A DNA stretch of 64,000 nucleotides, taken from NCBI GenBank assembly GCA_028408365.1, contig JAOOLD010000002.1, positions 13,183 to 77,182 of the forward strand, read 5' to 3'. Numbering within the stretch: the stretch's first letter is position 1; each line of letters starts with the position of its first letter. The notes under the pieces are model-generated. The model was not told the origin of the DNA. It saw only the letters and a list, made by a program, of their open reading frames with translations, and did not search any database. This stretch comes from Bacteroidota bacterium. Its GTDB lineage: Bacteria > Bacteroidota > Bacteroidia > Flavobacteriales > BACL11. Of this stretch, positions 49,640-58,282 are shown piece by piece. Both the position numbers and the translations under genes were made by a program.

Positions 49640-50932
49640 TTAAAATAAGTCTTGAGCGGTTATACTTTGAGTTTTTTTACTGTAATTAATAGATCTTTTA
49701 ACAAAAAAATCAACATGTTTGGTTCCGATAATTTCATCATTAAACCATTCGGTTTCATTTAATATATTTGGGTCTGTTTCGAATACTTCTTTAACTCCAA
49801 TGCTAGATAACGACCTATTAAATCTATCTTTTATAAATTCTTTAATTTGATTCTTTGGCAAGAAATCAACCTCTCCCTTTTCAAAAATCCAGTCTACAAT
49901 TGCACTTTCAGCTTCGTATGCGGTTTTGCACATATTTTGCACCTTAAATTCGTATTTGACGTCAAACCATTGTGGATTTTCTTTTCTAATTATATTAATT
50001 AAATCAATACCAAAATCTCCATGAATTTGTTCTTCTTTTGATGTAGCTTCTACAACATTAGATATCCCCTTGAGCATATTTTTATGCTTGTTGAAGGCCA
50101 TTATTATTAAAAATTGTGAAAATAAAGATACGTGTTCAATAAATAGTGAGAACAATAATATTGCTTCCGTGTATTCTTTATCGTTTTCACTTTTTGAACT
50201 AACAAGTGCTGCATCCAAATAGCGAACTCTTTTCATTATCACAGGGTTCTTTTTCAAATTTTTAAACTCTGTATTTAGGCCCAATATTTCAAGTAAGTGT
50301 GAATATGCATCTGTATGTCTCACTTCGCTTTCGGCAAAAGTAGAACCAACAGCACCAACTTCTGGCTTGGGGATTTTGTGATAAATATCTCCCCAAAAAC
50401 TTTTTACAGCAACTTCAATTTGAGAAATTGCTAGCATAGCATTTTTAATTGCATTTCTTTCAGTTTCAGTTAGATGTGTTTTAAAATCTTGAACATCGCT
50501 TGTAAAATTAAATTCTGTATGAATCCAATATGAATGCCTAATAGCAGGAACATATTCGTAGAGTTCTGGATACTCAAAAGGTTTTAGAGTAATTCTTCTT
50601 TCAAAAATATTTCTTTGTCTTTTTTTCGCCTGAATATTTCTATATAATATATATGCTTTTGCAACATCTAAAAACTCACTTTTCATTAAAGTTTGTTCAA
50701 CTAGGTCTTGAATCTCTTCAACATTTGGAACGTAGTTGGGTATACTAGCTCTTCTTTCATTTAAATTGAAGCAAACTTTGTTTGCAATTTCTTCTGCATC
50801 TTTGGGAGATCCATTTTTCACGGATAGCATTGCTTTTAGTACAGCCTCTGTAATCTTTTCAATTTGAAAAGGCATTTTGGTGTGGTTGCGCTTAAAAATT
50901 TCTTTGATTTGCATAATTTCTTTGACTTGCAT
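49640..50932 (-). CDS. nrdB: ribonucleoside-diphosphate reductase beta subunit with N-terminal ATP-cone
   Basis: The N-terminal ~95 aa (KRNHTKMPFQIEKI...VAKAYILYRN) look like an ATP-cone. The ferritin-like metal motifs ESEVRH and KEEQIH are present. Confidence 0.9.
   Translation of the reverse strand: MQVKEIMQIKEIFKRNHTKMPFQIEKITEAVLKAMLSVKNGSPKDAEEIANKVCFNLNERRASIPNYVPNVEEIQDLVEQTLMKSEFLDVAKAYILYRNIQAKKRQRNIFERRITLKPFEYPELYEYVPAIRHSYWIHTEFNFTSDVQDFKTHLTETERNAIKNAMLAISQIEVAVKSFWGDIYHKIPKPEVGAVGSTFAESEVRHTDAYSHLLEILGLNTEFKNLKKNPVIMKRVRYLDAALVSSKSENDKEYTEAILLFSLFIEHVSLFSQFLIIMAFNKHKNMLKGISNVVEATSKEEQIHGDFGIDLINIIRKENPQWFDVKYEFKVQNMCKTAYEAESAIVDWIFEKGEVDFLPKNQIKEFIKDRFNRSLSSIGVKEVFETDPNILNETEWFNDEIIGTKHVDFFVKRSINYSKKTQSITAQDLF
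50897..50932 (-). repeat. 18-nt direct tandem repeat covering the nrdB start (ATGCAAGTCAAAGAAATT / ATGCAAATCAAAGAAATT)
   Basis: The two units encode MQVKEI and MQIKEI and differ by a single mismatch. This provides two in-frame ATGs, at 50932 and 50914. Confidence 0.85.
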
Positions 50933-51283
50933 AATATTACTTAAATAAATTTTAAAAAATTAAATTTACAACTTAACAAGATTTATAAACAGCACGTTTT
51001 GTTTCTTTATTAACAACTTATTGCTAATAATCAAGTACGTTTTATAAAAATTGGTGCCCAACTTACTAAATTAATTCATCTCAATGGCAGGGACGAATTT
51101 AGCAAGATGGAATATTGATAAACAACTTCGCAAATATTTAATTTAAAATTTAAAAGTCCAATTTTGTGTACGAAAAAAACAAAAATATTTATCAACTTAA
51201 ATTGTTAAAAAAAAAACAAAATGGATTTCACAGAGTTATTAAAAAAATATGTATAAGAGCACTATTTTTAACACGTATTACTA

Positions 51284-51319
51284 ATATATATTTCTAATTC
51301 AAAAATTAGAAATATATAT
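51284..51319. repeat. perfect 16-bp inverted repeat with 4-nt loop
   Basis: ATATATATTTCTAATT (51284-51299), loop caaa, then AATTAGAAATATATAT (51304-51319). The right arm covers the stop of the purQ relic. Confidence 0.85.
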
Positions 51320-51655
51320 GTTTAGTTAGTTTTTTAAATTTTTTTAAAAGACTATCAAATAAAAATTTCCCATCTTCACTAGATAAATTAGTGTCAGCTG
51401 CTCTTTCTAGGCGCGGCATCATGCCAAAAACATAACTTTCTTTATTACAAATTCCTGAAATGTTAAGTAGAGATCCGTTCGGATTAAACTCTTTATTCAC
51501 AGTTCCATTTTTATCAAAGTATTTAAAATAATCAGGTCAATTTTAATTAAATTATTAATTGTTTCTTCATCAGTATAAAACCTTCCTTCTACGTGAGCGA
51601 TTGGAATTTTCAAAACAGATTTTTTGGAAAATTTTAAACAAATTTTTCGACAATG
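51306..51655 (-). pseudogene. decayed partial second copy of purQ (C-terminal half only)
   Basis: It reads in frame right after the purQ TAA-TAA: HCRKICLKFSKKSVLKIPIAHVEGRFYTDEETINNL... A 1-nt frameshift occurs near 51525. It then continues KYFDKNGTVNKEFNPNGSLLNISGICN...VFGMMPRLERAAD, where HPE has become RLE. No region corresponding to the N-terminal Cys nucleophile is present. Confidence 0.7.
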
Positions 51656-51658
51656 TTA

Positions 51659-52348
51659 TTAAGTACTTGATTCTACAGCACTTAAAAAGAAATTTATTCC
51701 GTCAGTGTTACTAAGCTCTGAATCAGATGCTCTTTCGGGATGAGGCATCATCCCAAAAACATTTCTATTTATATTACAAATGCCAGCTATGTTAAGAGCT
51801 GAGCCATTAATATTGCTACCAATATCAATTTTTCCGTTACCATTACAGTATTGAAAAATAATCTGATCATTTTCTTTCAAAGAGTTTAGAGTGTTTTCAT
51901 CAGCATGATATCTTCCCTCCCCATGCGCAACAGGAATTTTTATTACTTGGTTTAAAGAGTATTTTGATGTAAAGCGTGATGAATTAGAAGTAACACTGAG
52001 ATAAGTGTTTTTACAAATAAACTTATGACTATCATTATGTAACAACGCTCCGGGCAATAGTTTTGATTCACATAATATTTGAAACCCATTACATATACCA
52101 ATTACAAAACCACCCCTATTTGCAAAGTTAATTATAGAATTCATTATTTTGGAAAATTTAGCGATAGCTCCAGATCTTAAATAATCTCCATATGAAAATC
52201 CACCAGGAAGAACAATAACATCACAGTTTTGTAAGTCTACGTCCTTGTGCCATAAGCTAACGGTATCTTGATTAAGCACATTTCTTAATACATGATGCAT
52301 GTCTTGATCACAATTTGATCCTGGAAATGTTACAATGCCAAATTTCAT
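51659..52348 (-). CDS. purQ: phosphoribosylformylglycinamidine synthase glutaminase subunit
   Basis: The class I GATase Cys motif GICNGFQIL and the His/Glu motif MMPHPER are present. The protein is 229 aa. Confidence 0.9.
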   Translation of the reverse strand: MKFGIVTFPGSNCDQDMHHVLRNVLNQDTVSLWHKDVDLQNCDVIVLPGGFSYGDYLRSGAIAKFSKIMNSIINFANRGGFVIGICNGFQILCESKLLPGALLHNDSHKFICKNTYLSVTSNSSRFTSKYSLNQVIKIPVAHGEGRYHADENTLNSLKENDQIIFQYCNGNGKIDIGSNINGSALNIAGICNINRNVFGMMPHPERASDSELSNTDGINFFLSAVESST

Positions 52349-52366
52349 TAGTCAAATGTATAAATA

Positions 52367-53311
52367 TTAAATTATTAAGAATCTATTGTATAGAGAATTT
52401 AATATGAATGTTATTAATAATAAATTAGAAATAAATCGAAATTTAGAGTAAATATGTGCAAAACCGCATACGAAGCTGAAAGTGCAATTAGAGTAAATAA
52501 AAAAGTTAGATAAAATGATGGAAACAGGTGCAATTGAAAAAAGTAAAAAATCAATATTTCTTGAAAATATAAAGACAGAAATTGATACAATAAGATACAA
52601 AAATATTACATAAAAACATCTTCTAGATTTACTGCTTTTTTTGTTAATCCAAACAAAGAGTTCAACAGTTGAAAAAAAACATATTATAAAAAAAAGTATT
52701 ATCCAGTATTTTAATTCATGTATGTTTAATATATTAGTTACATATTGCTTTTCAAAGTTTAAATAAATTCCGTTAAACTTCAAAAAATAGAAAATTATTA
52801 TTGGGCATAATAGGCCAATTATTGAAACAAAGTAAGATCTCCAAGAATTATTTCCAAAAATATAAAGTGAAAATGGAACAAGAATGTAAAATAACCCAAA
52901 ATAGTAATTAAAAATTAGCGTACAAGCACTTATAGCAAAGCTGCAATTAAATAAATTAGTAAAAGGATTGTTTTTTTGGTAAAGGTTAAACACCTCATTA
53001 AGACTGATTATTAGTATTAAATTACCAATCATTAAAAAGTTAAAATCAACTACAGGCATGCATAACGCTAGAAAAACTATTGGTACTACAATATTATTTT
53101 TTTTAATGATACTTTTTTCAAAAATTATATTTGTTAAATACAAAGAGGAAAAAAAAAGTATTATTGAAGAGAATATTAAATTAAAAATTTTGATGGTCTC
53201 AGAATTAAGTTCGAACAGCTTTAATAATGGAAGCAGCAAGTATATTATTGAAACAATAAAAAAAAATATTACTGTTTGAGTTTTACTATTAATTAACTTT
53301 TCAATTATCAT
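52367..53311 (-). CDS. polytopic membrane protein, function unknown
   Basis: It is 314 aa with roughly 9-10 hydrophobic segments and no recognisable catalytic motif. Confidence 0.5.
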   Translation of the reverse strand: MIIEKLINSKTQTVIFFFIVSIIYLLLPLLKLFELNSETIKIFNLIFSSIILFFSSLYLTNIIFEKSIIKKNNIVVPIVFLALCMPVVDFNFLMIGNLILIISLNEVFNLYQKNNPFTNLFNCSFAISACTLIFNYYFGLFYILVPFSLYIFGNNSWRSYFVSIIGLLCPIIIFYFLKFNGIYLNFEKQYVTNILNIHELKYWIILFFIICFFSTVELFVWINKKSSKSRRCFYVIFLYLIVSISVFIFSRNIDFLLFSIAPVSIILSNFFIYSNCTFSFVCGFAHIYSKFRFISNLLLITFILNSLYNRFLII

Positions 53312-53337
53312 TTAAAAATGTAATTTTACAAAAAAAA

Positions 53338-53511
53338 ATGTTTAAAGAGTTTTGGTATTTTCTTGGTGATTTTTTCACAAAATCCTTTGAAGTTTTGCCC
53401 ATAATAGGTAATAAATTTAATTATTTATATATGTTAATAATTTTTGCTTTTTTAGTTCTTTGGACAGTGCAAATGTTTAAACACGAAAAGGAAAAGAAAT
53501 CTAATAATTAA
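53338..53511 (+). CDS. 57-aa single-TM small protein (below the ORF-track cutoff)
   Basis: The ATG at 53338 to TAA at 53509-53511 encodes MFKEFWYFLGDFFTKSFEVLPIIGNKFNYLYMLIIFAFLVLWTVQMFKHEKEKKSNN. It overlaps the purD 3' end by 11 nt. It resembles small conserved flavobacterial membrane proteins as I recall them. Confidence 0.4.
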   Translation: MFKEFWYFLGDFFTKSFEVLPIIGNKFNYLYMLIIFAFLVLWTVQMFKHEKEKKSNN

Positions 53512-54781
53512 TCAAATCACGTCCAATATCTTTTCTGTAGTATTTTCCATCAAAATGAATGTTTGAGCATACTTTTAATGATTTTTCTACAGCTTGTTTT
53601 AAATTTTCAGATAAAGACGTTACGCACATCACTCTGCCTCCGCTCGTGTAAAAATTGCCACTTTTGGATTTTGTGCCTGAGTGAAAAATTAAACTTTCAT
53701 TAAAATCTTCAGGTAAATCAATTAATTTATTTTTTTCATATTTTTCTGGGTAACCTCGAGACGCTAGCATAACAGTAACAGCAACTCTTTTATCAATATG
53801 CAAATCTTTTTCACTAAATGTGCCATTTTTAATTCCTACAATTAAATTTAATAAGTCAGATTTAATTCTAGGAAAAACTACTTCTGATTCAGGGTCACCC
53901 ATTCTAACATTATATTCTATGACTTTAGGCTCTCCCGCAACATCAATTAAACCAAAAAAAATAAATCCTAAATAATTAATATTTTCTTTTTTTAAACCTT
54001 CTATTGTTGGTTTAACTATTTCCATTTCTATTTTTTCAAGATAAAAACGATCTATGAATGTTGCAGGTGATACAGCCCCCATTCCTCCAGTGTTAAGCCC
54101 TGTATCTTTCTCACCAATTCTCTTATAGTCTTTTGCTGTTGGAAGAAGTTTATAAGTTGATCCGTCCGTTAATACAAAAACTGATAGTTCCACCCCTTCC
54201 AAAAATTCTTCAATCACAACTTTTTCTGAAGCATTACCAAATTTATTTTCCAAAATCATTTCTTTCAAGCATTTTTTTGCCTCATCAAGCTTGTCCAATA
54301 TTAACACCCCTTTACCTGCAGCAAGCCCATCCGCTTTCAAAACATATGGGGGGGATAATTTTTCTAGAAATTTATATCCGCTTTTTATTGAGTTAATATC
54401 AAAAGTTTTATGCTTAGCAGTTGGGATATTATACTTTTTCATGAACTCTTTTGCAAAGTCTTTACTCCCTTCCAACTGTGCAGCTTTCTTGCACGGGCCA
54501 ATGAGAGTAACATCCTTTAGCTCTTTTTGAATCTCAAAATAGTCAGAAATACCGTTTACTAATGGATCTTCTGGACCAACAACTACAATATCAATTTCTT
54601 CTTCTAGACACAGTAATTTAACTTTGTTAAAATCATTAATATCTAATTCAATATTTTGAGCAACTAACTCAGTGCCAGCATTACCAGGGCAAACAATTAG
54701 TTTTTTAATCATACTGCTTTTGGAAATTTTCCATGCAATTGCGTGTTCTCTTCCCCCGCTTCCAATGATAAGTACGTTCAT
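53501..54781 (-). CDS. purD: phosphoribosylamine--glycine ligase
   Basis: It has an ATP-grasp fold with N-terminal MNVLIIGSGGREHA, plus GDPE and ADGLAAGKGV. Confidence 0.95.
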   Translation of the reverse strand: MNVLIIGSGGREHAIAWKISKSSMIKKLIVCPGNAGTELVAQNIELDINDFNKVKLLCLEEEIDIVVVGPEDPLVNGISDYFEIQKELKDVTLIGPCKKAAQLEGSKDFAKEFMKKYNIPTAKHKTFDINSIKSGYKFLEKLSPPYVLKADGLAAGKGVLILDKLDEAKKCLKEMILENKFGNASEKVVIEEFLEGVELSVFVLTDGSTYKLLPTAKDYKRIGEKDTGLNTGGMGAVSPATFIDRFYLEKIEMEIVKPTIEGLKKENINYLGFIFFGLIDVAGEPKVIEYNVRMGDPESEVVFPRIKSDLLNLIVGIKNGTFSEKDLHIDKRVAVTVMLASRGYPEKYEKNKLIDLPEDFNESLIFHSGTKSKSGNFYTSGGRVMCVTSLSENLKQAVEKSLKVCSNIHFDGKYYRKDIGRDLINY

Positions 54782-54784
54782 AAA

Positions 54785-55531
54785 TTATATTTTTCTAATT
54801 ATTTCCTCTGTTATTTCTAAGTTATGAAAAACATTTTGAACATCATCATCCTCTTCAAATTTCTCAATCATTTTTATTATTGATTGAGCTTTTTCAAACT
54901 CTAAACTCTTAGTTGTACTTGGTATTCTTATAAGCTCAGATGATTTTACAAAAACATTATCTTTTTCTAGTTTTTTTTGCATTTTATTAAAGTCTTTCAT
55001 CTCAACATATAAAAAACATAATTCTTCTTCAATGATAAAGTCCTCTAGTCCCCAATCAATCAGATTCATTTGAAACTGATCTGTGTCACTATTAATTTTA
55101 TTTTTTTCAATAATAAAAAGCCCCTTTCTATCAAAAATAAATTCTAGTGAACCTTTTGTTCCTAGTTCCCCCCCAAATTTATTAAATATAGCTCTCACGT
55201 TTGATACTGTTCTATTATTGTTGTCTGTTGAGCAATCTATAAAAAAGGCAATGCCGCTAGGGCCATATCCTTCAAAACTAACTTCAGTGTAATTTTCTGC
55301 TTCATTACTCATACCTTTTTTAATTGCTCTATTAATAGTATCCTTAGGCATATTAGCTCCTTTGGCATTTTGAATAGCAGTTCTTAATCTTGGGTTAGAA
55401 TCTTTATCATCTCCACCAACTTTTGCAGCAATCGTCAATTCCTTTATAATTTTCGTAAATATTTTAGACCTCTTTGCGTCTTGTGCCCCTTTGCGATGTT
55501 TAATATTTGCCCATTTACTATGCCCCGCCAT
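54785..55531 (-). CDS. YebC/PmpR family DNA-binding transcriptional regulator
   Basis: The N-terminus MAGHSKWANIKHRK is diagnostic. Confidence 0.9.
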   Translation of the reverse strand: MAGHSKWANIKHRKGAQDAKRSKIFTKIIKELTIAAKVGGDDKDSNPRLRTAIQNAKGANMPKDTINRAIKKGMSNEAENYTEVSFEGYGPSGIAFFIDCSTDNNNRTVSNVRAIFNKFGGELGTKGSLEFIFDRKGLFIIEKNKINSDTDQFQMNLIDWGLEDFIIEEELCFLYVEMKDFNKMQKKLEKDNVFVKSSELIRIPSTTKSLEFEKAQSIIKMIEKFEEDDDVQNVFHNLEITEEIIRKI

Positions 55532-55540
55532 TTTTATGTA

Positions 55541-57331
55541 TTAATCATTTAACTTAAGTACTGATAAAAATGCATTTTGAGGAATTTCCACATTTCCAAC
55601 TTGTTTCATTCTCTTCTTTCCTTTTTTTTGTTTTTCCAAAAGTTTTCTTTTTCTCGTGATGTCTCCTCCATAACATTTGGCTGTCACATCCTTTCTCACA
55701 GCTTTTACTGTTTCTCTAGAAATTATTTTGGAACCAATAGCTGATTGAATAGCGATATCAAATTGTTGCCTTGGAATTAGTGACTTAAGTTTCTGGCAGA
55801 GTTTTTTGCCTAATGTAAATGAATTATCCTTATGTACTAAGGCTGATAAGGCGTCTACATGATCCCCATTAAGCAGAATGTCAAGTTTAGATAAATTTGA
55901 TATTCTATAGTCAATAGGATGATAGTCAAAAGATGCATAACCTTTAGAAATACTTTTTAGTTTATCATAGAAGTCAAATACAATCTCGGAAAGAGGGATG
56001 TCAAAGGTTAGTTCTACACGATCTGTAGTCAAATAAACTTGATTTTTTAAAACACCTCGTTTTTCAATGCAAAGATTCATAACTGGCCCAACAAAATCAG
56101 CTTTTGTAATTATTTGTGCATTAATGTAGGGTTCTTCAACATAATCCAAAGTGCTGGGGTCAGGGTAATCAGAGGGATTATTAATTATGATTTTATCTCC
56201 TTTTTTGTTATGAGCAAAATATGACACATTAGGTACTGTGGTGATTACATTCATCTCAAATTCTCTTTCCAATCTTTCTTGAATAATTTCCATATGCAAC
56301 ATACCTAGAAACCCACATCTAAAACCAAACCCAAGGGCAACAGATGATTCAGGTGAAAATGTTAGTGAAGCATCATTAAGTTGTAGTTTTTCCATAGAAA
56401 CTCTGAGTTCCTCATAATCATCAGTATCAATGGGGTATATTCCTGCGAAGACCATAGGTTTAACATCTTCAAATCCTAAAATTGCATCTTTTGAAGGATT
56501 ATTTGTTGATGTTATTGTGTCACCAACCTTTACTTCATTGGCATTCTTAATTCCTGAAATAATATATCCAACCTCGCCAGTAGATAATATTTTTTTTGGT
56601 TCTTGTTTTATTTTTAATACTCCAATTTCTTCAGCGAAATATTCTTTTCCAGTGGCAATAAACTTTACTTTATCACCTTTTTGAATTTTACCGTTAAATA
56701 TTTTGAAATAGGCTTCAATTCCTCTAAACGGATTGTAAACTGAATCAAAAATCATAGCTTGTAACTGCGATTCAGGGTCTCCTTTAGGATGTGAAATACG
56801 ATCTATGACAGAATTTAAAATTTTATCAATTCCTTGTCCTGTTTTTGCACTTACTTCTAAAATCTCATCCTTATTACATCCAATTAAATCAACAATTTGA
56901 TCTTTCACAACTTCCGGTTCAGCACTTGGTAAATCAATCTTATTAATTATTGGTAAAATCTCCAAATCATTGTCAAGTGCTAAATATAAATTACTAATTG
57001 TTTGCGCCTGAATCCCTTGAGCTGCGTCTACAATTAATAGAGCACCTTCGCATGCAGCAATTGATCTAGAAACCTCGTACGAAAAATCCACATGTCCTGG
57101 CGTGTCTATAAGATTTAAAGTATATTCAATATTATTTCTGAGGAACTTCATTTGAATTGCCTTGCTTTTTATTGTAATTCCTCTTTCTTTCTCAAGATCC
57201 ATATCATCTAGCATTTGATTTTTAAATTCTCTTTCTGAAATAGAATTTGTAGCCTGTAATAGTCTATCAGCTAAAGTGCTTTTTCCGTGATCTATGTGCG
57301 CTATTATGCAAAAATTTCTAACATTTAACAT
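55541..57331 (-). CDS. lepA: translation elongation factor 4
   Basis: The G1 motif AHIDHGKST and DTPGHVDF are present. The LepA C-terminal domain is present ([15 protein letters not shown]). Confidence 0.95.
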   Translation of the reverse strand: MLNVRNFCIIAHIDHGKSTLADRLLQATNSISEREFKNQMLDDMDLEKERGITIKSKAIQMKFLRNNIEYTLNLIDTPGHVDFSYEVSRSIAACEGALLIVDAAQGIQAQTISNLYLALDNDLEILPIINKIDLPSAEPEVVKDQIVDLIGCNKDEILEVSAKTGQGIDKILNSVIDRISHPKGDPESQLQAMIFDSVYNPFRGIEAYFKIFNGKIQKGDKVKFIATGKEYFAEEIGVLKIKQEPKKILSTGEVGYIISGIKNANEVKVGDTITSTNNPSKDAILGFEDVKPMVFAGIYPIDTDDYEELRVSMEKLQLNDASLTFSPESSVALGFGFRCGFLGMLHMEIIQERLEREFEMNVITTVPNVSYFAHNKKGDKIIINNPSDYPDPSTLDYVEEPYINAQIITKADFVGPVMNLCIEKRGVLKNQVYLTTDRVELTFDIPLSEIVFDFYDKLKSISKGYASFDYHPIDYRISNLSKLDILLNGDHVDALSALVHKDNSFTLGKKLCQKLKSLIPRQQFDIAIQSAIGSKIISRETVKAVRKDVTAKCYGGDITRKRKLLEKQKKGKKRMKQVGNVEIPQNAFLSVLKLND

Positions 57332-57383
57332 ATAAACAAATTTAGTTTATTTATATTCTCAATCTAAATTATATTAAATAAGT

Positions 57384-57605
57384 ATGAAAAAAAATATGAG
57401 TACAAAAAGAAAACATTTATTTAAAGCAATAACTTGGAATTTATTAGCTATGACAACAACATATGTTGTGTTGACGATGTTACCTCCACTGTTTGACCTT
57501 GAAGGAATATCAAAAAAAGGAGCTGGCTTTTTGGTAGCAGTAGATAGAGTGCTAAAGTTGATTTTTTATTACGGTCATGAGAGAGTTTGGTTTTCAGTTA
57601 AATGA
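57384..57605 (+). CDS. DUF2061-like small membrane protein
   Basis: RKHLFKAITWNLLAM and YYGHERVW match my recollection of DUF2061. Confidence 0.55.
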   Translation: MKKNMSTKRKHLFKAITWNLLAMTTTYVVLTMLPPLFDLEGISKKGAGFLVAVDRVLKLIFYYGHERVWFSVK

Positions 57606-57608
57606 TTT

Positions 57609-58235
57609 TTAGTTTATAAAATGATTTGGTTCATTATTATTAACTTCCAAATCCTCCTCAATTTCCCAATTATATTTTTTTCTTTTGGGGCCATCTTTTC
57701 TGCAAATAAATGAAACTAAAATTCCTGCAATAAAGCCAGTTAAATGCCCTTCCCATGAAATATTTTTATCGATTGGGAAAAGACCCCAAAATAGCCCACC
57801 GTAAATGAAAATCACTAACAATGCGACCGCACTTAATTGAGAGTTTTTTCTTAAAATCCCACTGAAAAATAAAAAGCTTGCCATGGCGTAAATTAAACCA
57901 CTAGCACCTATGTGAAAGGATTCTCTTCCAATACACCAAAGCCATAAGCCTGAAATAAAATAAAGATATATGAATATTTTTTTTGCAATTTGATTGTAAA
58001 AGTTAAAAATAAGTAGGCATAAAATAATTACTGGTAAACTATTGCTCAGTAAATGATTAACGTCTGAATGTATTAGAGGGCTAAATAATATACCCATAAG
58101 ACCATTGAAGTTTCTTGGTAAAACACCATATTCAGTAAAATCAAAATCAAAAACAATTTCAATTAGTTTAACAGACCAAATAATTATTAGAATTACTGCG
58201 GAAAATTTTAAGGAGTTTAAATTTTTTCTTTTCAA
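57609..58235 (-). CDS. rhomboid family intramembrane serine protease
   Basis: The catalytic motif GASGLIYAM and the His context GHLTGFIAG are present, in a 6-TM layout. Confidence 0.75.
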   Translation of the reverse strand: MKRKNLNSLKFSAVILIIIWSVKLIEIVFDFDFTEYGVLPRNFNGLMGILFSPLIHSDVNHLLSNSLPVIILCLLIFNFYNQIAKKIFIYLYFISGLWLWCIGRESFHIGASGLIYAMASFLFFSGILRKNSQLSAVALLVIFIYGGLFWGLFPIDKNISWEGHLTGFIAGILVSFICRKDGPKRKKYNWEIEEDLEVNNNEPNHFIN

Positions 58236-58282
58236 TTAAATTAGATTGATGAATTAAAGTTTAAAAAGTTTAATTTTATGAA

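Noticed and set aside
50933-51283. Cobalamin riboswitch or NrdR boxes upstream of nrdB
   Set aside because: The minus strand has a CCCTGCC stretch vaguely like the end of a B12 box. However, I find no GGGAA / GGTG..AA..CC core elements and no 16-bp ACACwAtATaTwGTGT-type palindromes. This is not supportable without a covariance-model scan.
51306-51500. A 64-aa ORF (MNKEFNPNGSLLNISGICN...) as a genuine small gene
   Set aside because: It is simply the last open stretch of the decayed purQ copy. It depends on a GTG start, lacks the catalytic His, and forms one continuous homology block with an upstream out-of-frame segment.
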